From Camelus ferus (Eukaryota), in assembly GCF_009834535.1 (NCBI RefSeq), contig NC_045696.1, positions 71,116,001 through 71,180,000 on the forward strand: a stretch of 64,000 bases of DNA. The letters run 5' to 3'. The notes beneath the pieces are model-generated. The model saw nothing but the letters and a program-made list of their open reading frames with translations. It did not search any database and was not told the origin of the DNA. Shown one piece after another: positions 1-12,206 of the stretch. The position numbers and the translations under genes are program-made. Position 1 is the stretch's first letter; every line of letters begins with the position of its first letter.

Positions 1-149
1 AACAAAACTATACAGTTAACAGAAAAATAATGTAGAAAATCTGTGTTTACTTAGGAGTGGTGGGGAAGGACTTGAACATTTCAAAAAACAAACCATTGTT
101 GCAAAACACTGATTATTTTGATTACATAAAAATTAAGTATTTCTTCTCC

Positions 150-905
150 ACAAGATACTCATTAATTACACAGGGGAAAATAGCAATTTAGAGCATAGAA
201 ACCTGGCAGACACCACCTTAACCAAGTAATCAAAGTTAACATCACCAGTAATGGGACAAATTGACATCACATGCCTCCTGATAAGATGTACTGAGAAGGC
301 ACAGCCTCACTTCTGTGATATGCCTGCCAAAAATGCACAGCCTGAATCTAATCATGAGGAAACACCAGACTAACCCAAATTGAGGGACATTCTCAAAATG
401 AATGTCCTGTACTCTAACAAAATGTTAAGGTCATAAAAGATAAAAAGACGGACTGAAGAATTGCTCCAGATGAAAGGAGGCTAAAGAGACTGGAGAGCTA
501 AATGCAATGTGTGATCCTGGATCAAATATATATTTTTTCTATTTATATAAGGGAAATTGCTGGTACAATTGGCAAAATGAGGATAAACTAGATTAGATAA
601 TATTACTGTATCAGTGTTTATTTTCTGACTTTGATAATTACACTGTGGCTATGTAAATAAAGTCCTTGTTTTTAGAAAACAACATATTGGGTACTTAGAA
701 ATAAAGGAACATTATGTCTACAACTTACTGTTAAACAGTTTAGGAAAAAATATATACACACACACAAATATACACAGAGGAGGATAAAACAAATTTAGCA
801 AAACGTTAACATTTAGGAATCTGGCTGAAGGAAAAAGCACAATTCTTTGTAATATTCTGCAACATTTCTCCAAGCCTGAAATTATTCTAAAATAAAATGT
901 TACAA
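150..905 (+). mobile_element. Old LINE-1 3' UTR fragment (L1MC/L1ME-like)
   Basis: A-rich sequence with typical old-L1 3' end motifs (atcaccagtaatgggacaaa..., aatctaatcatgaggaaacaccagac, aatgtgtgatcctggat). Subfamily by eye; boundaries approximate. Confidence 0.7.
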
Positions 906-1169
906 AAATAAGGATTTCTGTTTAGTGAGACACTAAGGAGAGAGTTAATGGCTGCTACAGTGAAAGAAGTTGTTTCCCTACCTATAAATTTCTAGGTTTA
1001 CATGTTCATATGCGTAAAGATAAAGTTCGGAAAGCTAGGTATGGAACTAGTAACAATAGTTACCTCTTTAGGGAAAAGGGAACTAGAATTAGGAGGGAGA
1101 GGGGATATTAACTATTTGAATGAATCACTGCATTCTTCAACTTGTTACAACACTCATGTGTTATTTTTA

Positions 1170-2930
1170 CGTTAAAAATTTGTATTAAATTTGAAACAAT
1201 CTCAAGCATACAGAAAATCTGAAGTACAGAACAAAGAACTCCCCGCCATGAACCATTTACAAGAAGCCAATTTATGTCCCATCACCCTTGATTTAATCTG
1301 TATTTGCTACAAACAAGGACATTCTCCTAGATGACCACAGTACAACTGCCAAAATCAGGATCAAAATCAGGAAATATTTTTTTTAGGAAATTAACACTGA
1401 TACATCTCTGCCGTCTAATCCTGAAACTCCATTCCAGCTTCACCTGAAGTCCCAGTAATGCCCTTTATATTAATAATAATAAAAAAATCCATTTCAGATC
1501 ATCTTGTAGTTTTTTTCTCCCTGGAGTCTCTTCTTCACTTTGGAACAGTTCCTCAGTCTTTTCTTAAATTTCATGACCTTGACATTTGAAAGAGTACAGA
1601 ATATTTATTCTGTAGAATGTCCCTAAATTTGGGTTTGTCTCATGCTTCCTTATGACTAAATTCATGTTACATATCTTTGGCAGGAAAATCACAGAAATGA
1701 TGCTGTGTTCTTCTGGTTGCATTCTATTGGGTGGCACAAGATTTTGATTTTACATTACTGATGATGTTTTATTTTATTACTTGATTAAGGTGGTGTCTGC
1801 TAGGCTTCTCTACTGCAAAGTCATTCCTTTTCCTTTTATAATGAATAAATGTTTTTTGTGGAAGTATTTTGAAAATATGTAAGTATCTCATTCCTCATCA
1901 AACTTTTCACTTATTCATGTATGGACTCATGGTTCCCTATTTTATTTAGGGGTTATAATATCTTACCATCATTATTTATATTGATTCTCAAACTGTCCCT
2001 AATTTGTCCAGTGGGAGCACTTCAAGCTGACTTTTCAGTACTCCTTTGCTTTCTAGGACAAGATTTCTAGGCTCATCTTGTATCTTTTCTCCCTCAGCCC
2101 TAGAATCAGCTCTTTCCCTACAGAACCCTGGTACCTTATAGTGAAGAATGGTGTTTAGAAGTCAGGATTTGGGTACTGGGTGTGTTTATTGCTACTAGAG
2201 TGGAAGTGTCAATTTTCCAAGGCCCTCTCAATAGTCAAAACTGAGACAGAGCTACATACACACTTAAATCTGTACTTATTTCTATTACCTATCTCTTTGC
2301 ATTGAAAACCTAACGTTCACACCAATATCTCCAGTTTTAATCCAGCATCACAAGGTTTATTCATTTTCTCCTTTTCTATGTTTGTAATTTCCTCCTCCAA
2401 CTATGAGAAACCTGGCTCTCCTTTTCTCTTCAATATGTTTATTTTTATGATTAACCTCCCTGTTGCCACTGCCCTTCTGCATTCAGATGCCTTTCTCATT
2501 CTACTCTGTCTACAGCACTCTGTGTTGGGTTGCTGTCCCCCTGCCCCTTCAGTGAATACCATCCTTACCCCAACCTTGCCCAGTACCCTGTCCTGGTGGT
2601 CGGTCCCCTCCTCAAGAGTGCCCTTCTTGCCCTGCTTGGGCTCTGAATCTCCACACCAGGCTGCACTTCCATCCCCGTTGCTGCAGGTACATCATCATCA
2701 TCCTGTTGGGTCTCTGATACCTGCAGCAAGCCATACACATGCGTGGATGTCCTCACTTCACTCAGGCTCTGACACCTTACACTGCGCAACCTTCATACAC
2801 AGATGCTCCCTTCGCCCTGTTCAGGTCCTGACATCCTGCTCTGGGTTACTGAGGTAGCCCCCACCCTATTATGGACAACTACTTTGCTCTACCCCATCTA
2901 AAGACTTCAGGACTGAATTGTTCAGGAAGG
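1170..2930 (-). mobile_element. Old LINE-1 3' UTR fragment, antisense (L1MC/L1MD-like)
   Basis: T-rich tract with motifs such as catgaccttgacatttgaaagagtac, gtagaatgtccctaaatttgggtttgtc and ttggcaggaaaatcacagaaatgatgctg. Boundaries approximate. Confidence 0.65.
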
Positions 2931-2964
2931 AAAGAAGAAGACTTTAATTTTTAAAAATTCAAGA

Positions 2965-3270
2965 GCACTGTTAGGGCAATGAAACTACTCTGTGTGTTGC
3001 TGTCTATAATGGTGGTTACATGCCATCATACATTTGTCCATACCCATAGAATGTACACCACCACGAGTGAACCCTAATGTAAACTATGGACTTTGGGTGG
3101 TAATTATGTGTCAATATACATTCATCAATTGTAAGCCCCCCTCTAGTGGAGGATACTGACAATTGGGGAGACTACATATGTGTAGGGGCAGGAGTATATG
3201 GGAAATCTGTGTACCTTCTCAATTTTGCTGTGAACCGAAAACTGCTCTAAAAAATAGTCTTTTAAAAAGT
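2965..3270 (+). mobile_element. LINE-1 3' end fragment (L1MB/L1MC-like)
   Basis: ttagggcaatgaaactactctg...gagtgaaccctaatgtaaactatggactttgggtg...ctctaaaaaatagtc is a canonical L1M 3' terminus. Confidence 0.8.
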
Positions 3271-3804
3271 TAAGAATTTTACTTCTTGCAAGGAAATGCA
3301 TCTCTATGATGTGATGTGTTGATTTACATAGCATAATCACAATCACTGAAAAATGTCTGTATGAGTAGCTTGACATTTTGCACTACTAATTCTATAAGAA
3401 AACCTTCTATAAACTGCAAAGAAAATGAAGGGAAACCAAAAACTGAAACTTACCCTGTCATAAATACTAAAACTATCACAAAATAGTAGCCAAACATTAC
3501 ATTCCTCCTGATGGGAGTACTGACACTAATAAGTACTATCCTGGGGTGGAGACGGGGAGTGGTGAGTTGCAGGAAGAGAGGAGCAGGATTCACAGTGCAG
3601 ACAAATTATGAGGGTGTAGATGAAATATGATTAACCTGAACCATGAAGGATAATTGTTGAAGCTAGGTAATGTACACATAGGGAGGGGTTCATTATTCTA
3701 TTTCTCTACTCTTGTACATGTTTGCAATTTTCCATAATAGTTTAAAATATATACTGTAAAATAAAAGTGAATATACAGCATCAGTAAAAAATTCAAGATC
3801 AACA

Positions 3805-5358
<1,554 letters not shown>

Positions 5359-5794
5359 TGGTGTATACTAAAGGACTAATATTTAATAAAATGATAATTT
5401 TTACCATTTCAAAAAAAAAGTATATGGGAGGATATGGGGTGGGGGAAACCCAAAACTGATTAGTACCACATTATGTCTTTGATTAAATTTTAGTGGTAAA
5501 ATCATTATTTAACAACTTATATTTGTTTCATAGATAAAGTCTTTCAAAACACGGTGGTATGCACTGGGTGGGCTGGCAGGCTGCTCAGACATGGCCCCCA
5601 AGGGCCCCGTGTCTGCTTAAGTCACCCCAGCATAGCTCCTCAACAGCTTAGATTTCGAACATCAGCATGGCCGGGTGTCTCTCTGTGCTTCAGTGGGCAA
5701 GCTGGAGCTTTGGGCCCAACCTGACCTCAGAAACTCATAAGCTGGGCAGACCTAAGCAAGTTTAGTTTAGTTTTGTCTTTTTTAAAAGATTTAT

Positions 5795-5925
5795 GGGTCT
5801 CCATTTTCTCGTTTGTAAAATAAGGACTTTTCATACCTCATCAGATTGTCATGAGGATTAAATGAGTTAATTCATGTACAGTGCTTAGAATAATGCTTGG
5901 AACATAGTACCCAGTAAATTATTAT
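5795..5925 (+). mobile_element. MIR SINE
   Basis: MIR core and tail: tttgtaaaataagg...gaggattaaatgagttaa...gtgcttagaataatgcttggaacatagta. Confidence 0.8.
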
Positions 5926-6984
5926 TCTTGGATCAAGCCAAGGGATTCTGTCTTACACTGCTGAAACTTAGAAGAGACTGATGTATAAACCAGATGTCAG
6001 TTTATTAATTTATCACTAGAAATATAGCCAACAGGGGGCCTGAAAATCCATCTTTACTGGTCAGTACATTCTTTTTGGGTGAGAAAGGCCACACAAACCA
6101 AGTCACAAGCCAAAGAAACCAGATGGGGTGGAATGGAGTCAGGGAGTTAGTGGATGGAACTGAGGGGCCAGTGGTGTCAAGCTCTGATGGACTAAGGCAC
6201 TCAGTGCTGCTGAAGGGCAAGACCTTCTAAAGGGACAAGTCACAAGACAGAGTCAGCCATCTCTCAGGCTGGTCTGGGGACCCAATGACCAATGCTTGGT
6301 CTCTCACACCCTCCCCCCTGCATTGCAGGATTCTGGCCTTCTTGATTTGAACCACATTTAGTGTGCTCTTCCAGTAACTTGTGTTCTTCTCTAGCTAAAG
6401 GTACCCTTTAAAGAACTCTGCTGGGTCTTAAATGTACCAACCCTGAGACACACATTCACCAGCAAACCACAACCTCTTGAATGACTTCTACATCTCGCCA
6501 CTGTTTGCTGGTTCTTATTAGTTTTACAATAAGACAACTCTACTTCCAAGTTCTGGGCATGCCATACCTATGTTCTTACTGCAGAGTTCATGCGGGAGGA
6601 AGAATAAGAAATCTGTGGTGGTGAGAAGGTTCAGTATGACTATGCTCAAAGGCCTCTAGCAGTCAAGAAAAACCTAGACTCCTACACTGATGGAGAGTCA
6701 CTAGCTAGGAACAAAGTATTGAATGATGGAACAGACTCAGTATAAAATATTCATAAAGAACTAGAGGAGATAAGTATGTCTGTGTATAGAAGAATTCAAA
6801 GAAAATATCGCTGCAGTGGGAAAAGAATCCAAGAAGGGGTCCCTTCTAGGCCCTAGGAACAAAAGAGGAGGTGTGGGTACCTGTCTATTTAGTTGAGGCA
6901 CCAGGACTAAACTTTCAGCCGCAAGGCATTGTAAGCAATGTCTCACTAAAAATCAGTAAAGCAGTGAAGGGCACAACAAATACT

Positions 6985-7220
6985 AATAATCATAATGGCT
7001 AACAATTATGGAACTACTAGGAACCATAAGAGTTTTGCTTGTATTATCTGATTTAATATTCACCATTACCTTACCATTGGTCTATAACGATGATTATTCT
7101 TCACATTTTACAGATAAGGAAACCGAGGCACTGAGAGGCTTAATTTGCTGAGATCACACAGCTATTAGATAATAGAATCCAGACTCAAATACAGTTCTGA
7201 TTCCAGAGCTAGCTCCCTAA
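6985..7220 (-). mobile_element. MIR SINE
   Basis: cattttacagataaggaaaccgaggcactgagaggct...tcacacagcta matches the antisense MIR core. Confidence 0.8.
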
Positions 7221-8989
7221 TTTAAAAGTTTAAAACAGGTTATAGTCAGTCCCCCTCATTCTGGGTTCAACATACTTTCTTAAAAGGACGGGAGGGCACA
7301 TGACCCTGGGTATGCTCACCCGTATGTGTGACAGGAGTCACCCATTGTATGAACAGCTATGGAACAAAGTTGAGAACAGTCTAAATGGAAAGAAGTAAGA
7401 AGGCTGGGGACCCAGACACCTTGGTTCTTGCCCCATATCTGCATGCACAGAGCTATCTGAACCTAAGCAAGACACTTAACATCTTTCAGCTTCAAGCTTC
7501 TGTTTTACTAAATGGGAATAACTCAGCAGGAGCCACATATCACAAGATTATTGAGAAGACCAAAAAAGAACATTTGTGAAAGCATTCCTCAGTGTTAAGA
7601 ATGCAGTAGCATGGGTTGACAAATATTTATTCTAATTTAGGGTTTCAAAGTTCTCTCCACATACAGTACAGCAGAAATCACTTCCAAACCACCCGTTTAT
7701 TTAACATAAAGAAAAGGGAAACCTAGAATTACTGACAGGGCACAATCTATACATGTTATTAGAATGGGCTTAAATTGCATGGTGATTTCTGCCTCACCCC
7801 ATGCAACTCAGCAGGTGCCAGGCAGAGTCTCATGCTGTTTTCCTGCATTTGTGCTTGCAGATACCCAGCCCAGCAGATGAGGGCTGTGGGGTGCACTCCT
7901 CGGGCCATCATCTTGATGATGGCCTGGAGTGTGTGTGTGTGTGCAGGTGCCAGTCTGTCTCCAGAGTAGGCTCCCAGCTGCTCTCCCACCACTCCTTCCA
8001 TGAAATGACACCCTTGGATCCATGGCACTTCACAGTTTACAAAAAAATGTAGTCAGTTTACACAGGACCTTGTCTCATTTAATCCCTCCTGCTAACCAAG
8101 AAGGGGGCAAGACAAATTTATGTCATGCCCATTTTATGCATAAGGATAATTTACTCAGGAGAGGTTGATTTGCCTAAAACACAGTCCAGTGGCAGAACTG
8201 GGCTAATCCCAGTGCGTGACTCTTCCACTGTACCACGTTTTTAATTGTTTAATGAACAGCTATTCACTGAGCATCTAGTATGTGCCAGCCACTGTGCCAG
8301 GTACTTCTACTCATCAGCTTGCTCTCCTGAGAGAAGCTTGTTCAAATCCTTCACCTCCCACCCTCCATCCCATGTAATAGATGAGTTTTAAGTGATGGGA
8401 TTAACCAACCCTCACTATTCAGCACATGGCACTAGGGGCTGAGCAGTAGACAGTGTGACCAGAGCTGTGCTCTAGAGCCAGACTGTCCTAAATCCCTCCA
8501 TGCCAACTCCATTTACTTGTCTATAAAGTGGGGATAGTAACCGGGCCAGTTCGTAGGGTTGTGAGGATTGACGTGGTGCAGGTGAAGCATTTTCTACAGT
8601 GCCTGCTACGTAACAAGAGCCCAATAACTATCAACTGTCATTATTCCCTTAACATTGTCTTGAAAGAAAACAAGGCGACGTTTAAAAACAAATGAAAACT
8701 GGCCCCTTTAATCTGTCTTATGTCCCAAAGCTTTCAAGACTTTGGCCCAGAAAAAGGGGTCCTCCCTCCTTTAGGCAGAGCTCACATGCCCTTGCTGAGC
8801 CTGCACCCCATCCTCCAAAGTCTCACCTCCACCTCCGCCGTTCTGACCCCATGTCCTCAGAGCTGGATTTTGGTCATGGCCCCCTTGTTTCCTGGCCTCT
8901 GCACTCTCCTCCAATGTTACTCTCTACTTTTTCTCAAATAATTCCCCCCAAATATTCACTTCTCAAGCTCTTTTACCGAGCACCTCTTT

Positions 8990-9407
8990 CTGTGCTAGGC
9001 ACGGTAGTGGCTGCTGTGATGACCTCTCAGGAATGGACTTGCTGCCTGAGCCGTTGAGAGTGCAGACGGCAGCAGCAGGTCCTCAGCGGTCAGCCCATTA
9101 GGGCTAACTGCCCCAACTGAAGAAAACTTCCTCTCCCAAGGTCACAGCTCCTTCTGGTGGCAGCCAGCATCCAAAGACTGATCATCTCAGCAGAAAAAAG
9201 GCCTGACCCATTGCCTCAACTAAGAACAACTCTGCCAGCCTCAGAAGGTGGGGCTGCCTGAGGCTTTTGTTGGGCCTGCACTGCTGCTCAACTTTCCCTT
9301 CTCTCAACTGCTAGGCCCTGATGTTGGTCCCAGGAGCACCCCATAATAAATAGCCTGCATGCTGATGATCTCTTCAAGCTACTTCCCAGAGAACCCAACC
9401 TGCAACA
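8990..9407 (+). mobile_element. Solo LTR (LTR16/ERVL-like)
   Basis: cccaaggtcacagctccttctggtggcagcc, internal AATAAA at about 9346, and the terminus cttcccagagaacccaacctgcaaca resemble LTR16. Confidence 0.7.
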
Positions 9408-10439
9408 TGGGCAAAGGATACAAAGATGAGCAAGCCAGGGTCTGGCTTTCAAGGGTATCAAGGCCAAGTGGGAACTACAACCTTAATAATGGCAAGCAGC
9501 TTACAGTGAGGGACACACAAAGTGCAGTGAAGCCCACTTGGAGGGGGGTGACACTGAGAGGAGTCTGTCACTCCAGGTTTAGCCAGATTTTGGACCAACT
9601 GTTAACCTGCTATGATTTCCCACAGATTCCGCCATCTAGGCTGCATGCTTGGGCTGGTACAGAGCAACGGGGCTCTGAGGCTGTTTGGTTTGCATCTTTG
9701 GGTGGACCAGACCTGGCCTGGGGAGTGGCTCTTCGTAGGATATAGTGTTCTAAATGACAAACTAGGCCAGGCCATGGTCAATGAGGGTAAACAGCACCTT
9801 CTCTTCTTCTCAGCTAAAATTTGCCTGGAAACCAGGGAGAACTTAGCTAATGTTAGTTTATGTCCAACGAATTTCAAGACAGTTAATTTCACACTGAAAT
9901 AAACAATTGACTGGCATCTCTGAGCACCCTGTAGATTGTTATTGGTAAGACCCATGATCTCACTGCACGCCTGCACTCTGCCCCCCAGAGGACCAGCCAG
10001 GTTGCCTGAAAAGGCATTGGGGAGTGTGGTAAGGCCAGCAGAAGCAGGGAGGCCAGGATTTCAATGAGTTCACACAATGAGGCCTTTCAACCTGGCCAGC
10101 TCCTGACTGGCTTTAAGGCCTGACTTTGGCAAGGTAGCTCCAGCTCAGCAGCTGGAAGGACCAGCTTTCCAATGGTTGGGGCTGGACAGGCTCTCCCTAG
10201 TCATGTCAGATTCCTCTCTGCTCTTCACCCTGTGCTTTCTGGAATGGAGCTGGCTGACACTGCCATTTCTACCCCTCAAGACAACCATCTTCTGCCAGTT
10301 CTCCTTCTCTAACCCCCCAAAGCTCACCTTACACACTTATTATAGGGTCTTTCTTAGCTGCTGCAATTCATTCATCCCAACTTTTACAGGGTGGCAGCAT
10401 AGGCCTGTATTGTCACATGTACAGGCCCTTATTGAATGA

Positions 10440-10660
10440 AATCATAAAACTGGAAGCCATCTAGTGTGGCCTCCTACCTGAAGAGCCCTTCTCTAGTGGG
10501 CAGCAGGGCTGGACAGTCCCAGAGGCCAGGACGTCACTCTCAGAAGGTAACCTGAACTATTAAGAAAGTTCTTCCTTCCTTTCAGCCAAACTGGCCTACC
10601 ACTGGAGTCACTCAAGAGAAAATTTACTTTTTCCAAACGATGTTCTCCAAATCACAGAGT
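10440..10660 (-). mobile_element. L3/CR1 LINE 3' fragment
   Basis: atcataaaactggaagccatctagt...ttaagaaagttcttcctt...ctggagtcactca resembles the antisense L3 3' end, judged by eye. Confidence 0.55.
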
Positions 10661-11694
10661 GGTCACACAAGAATCGCTTTGAGTGCTTATGTATTATGCC
10701 GAGGAGGTGTTCAGAAAGGTCAATTTGTTGTGGTTACCCAGCTAATGTTGGTGACCCCTTTCACTACCAGTAATAGAGCTGGCATTTGATCGCAGATCCA
10801 ACTCCAGGGCTCTTCATACACAAAGTCACCTCCAAAGAAGCAGATTCTATGTCACAGAACCCTTCAGCTGCACTTCCAGGGACCCTAAAGATTGGGAGAA
10901 CTCATATAGGGACCACAAGCTGGTGAAGGGTGAGAGGGCCTGAGAATGTGGCAAACAGGCAGGCCCACACCCTACACCAGGTGGCTTCGACTATCTGAGG
11001 TTGGAAGAGAGTGGCAGGGCTGAGAAAAGGCTCTCAGAGCTGTGAGGGTGCACGTGGCCACAGATGTGCCTGTAAGAATGCCTCCTCTGGACTCCTGAGG
11101 GAGGCTGAGGAGGCAGGAAGATTAATGACCCTGCTGCTGGCTTCAGAGTCCATCAGTCCAGAGCCTTCCCAGCATTATTCTGCTTTACCCCCAACACAGG
11201 TTATGTCCTCCCCAGCTGTATCCATAGTACCACAGTGCCCTGTTAAGACTCCTTGCTTGAGTTCTGCGATGACAGTTCTCCATGAAGCCAACAAGTTCCT
11301 TCTGTTGATGCTGGTTTCTCCAATGCCATTAAGAGAAAAACAACCTCTCTACTTTAGTGTCTTCTATACAACAATTACATACAGCAGCCGAGTATCCAAA
11401 AAATAATATTTATAAATCTTACTACTTCTGTTAAACAGCTCCTCTGCTTTTAAATATTGTTTAGTTTGAAACAAAAGTGTTCTCTTTCTTCACCTTAGAC
11501 CTCATTCTCAAGTCCCTACTTTCCAGGCTCCTCCCACATGGTTAAAGTAAAAATAAAGAACATGAAACCACCCAAGCAAAATGGAGACAAACACTGTTTC
11601 TCAGTTTCTCTTTAGCCTTGAAGGGTCCACACCAGAGAAACAGAGTGAGCCTGGGCCGGGGAGAACAGCACTGCAGTGATGTAATACACTGCCC

Positions 11695-11700
11695 TTTATT
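11695..11700 (-). terminator. Likely ABCF3 poly(A) signal (AATAAA)
   Basis: tttatt on + strand, about 510 nt downstream of the ABCF3 stop codon. Confidence 0.6.
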
Positions 11701-12206
11701 TCACCAGCTCCAACCACTATAAGGCCAAGCCCCTGTGGCTTTAATGACATCTCTGCCCAGGGGCAAGGCTGATGCTGCTATGGCCTCCTCAGTATGACTG
11801 ACAAAGTGTCACAGGAAAATGCCAAATCAGGGAGTCCACACTCCTTAACAGTGGGCAAACACTGAAGCCCTGTCAGGGAGCAGCACAGTTGAGGCAAGGA
11901 AGATGCACGGAGATTTAATTTACACAGCAGCCACTCAGGACCCAGTTGCAGCTGGGGCAGTGGCAAGGATCTAAAATCCCAGAGGGCACCCCCTACTCCT
12001 TTTCCCTTGGAAGACCAGTCCTCAAAAACCCTTAGATAGGGCTCCCTGGGTTGCACAGAGGATGCTCCAGTCAAAAGGAGAGTCTGGGAATAAGGCTGTC
12101 CCCAAAGTTGGGGGAAGTCTATGGCCCAGAGATGGTTGCCTATGTGATGTCCCAGGGGTCTGAGAGACCAGTCCATGTCCTGGGCACAGTCCTCAGCCTG
12201 GTGGCC

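Noticed and set aside
2378..2857. 159-aa ORF
   Set aside because: Lies in a degenerate repeat region of an old L1, with low-complexity Pro/Ser/Leu composition and no gene context.
10586..11406. Type I interferon-like pseudogene reading (RENLLFPNDVLQ..., YYAEEVFRK, AMTVLHEANKFL) joined to the signal-like exon at 7877
   Set aside because: It needs a frameshift and two in-frame stops. The key segment overlaps an apparent L3/CR1 fragment (10440-10660) and a MIR-like piece (about 10765-10815). The implied introns are phase 1, whereas IFN/IL-10-family introns are phase 0. The similarity was judged by eye only; an HMM search of the reconstructed peptide would settle it.
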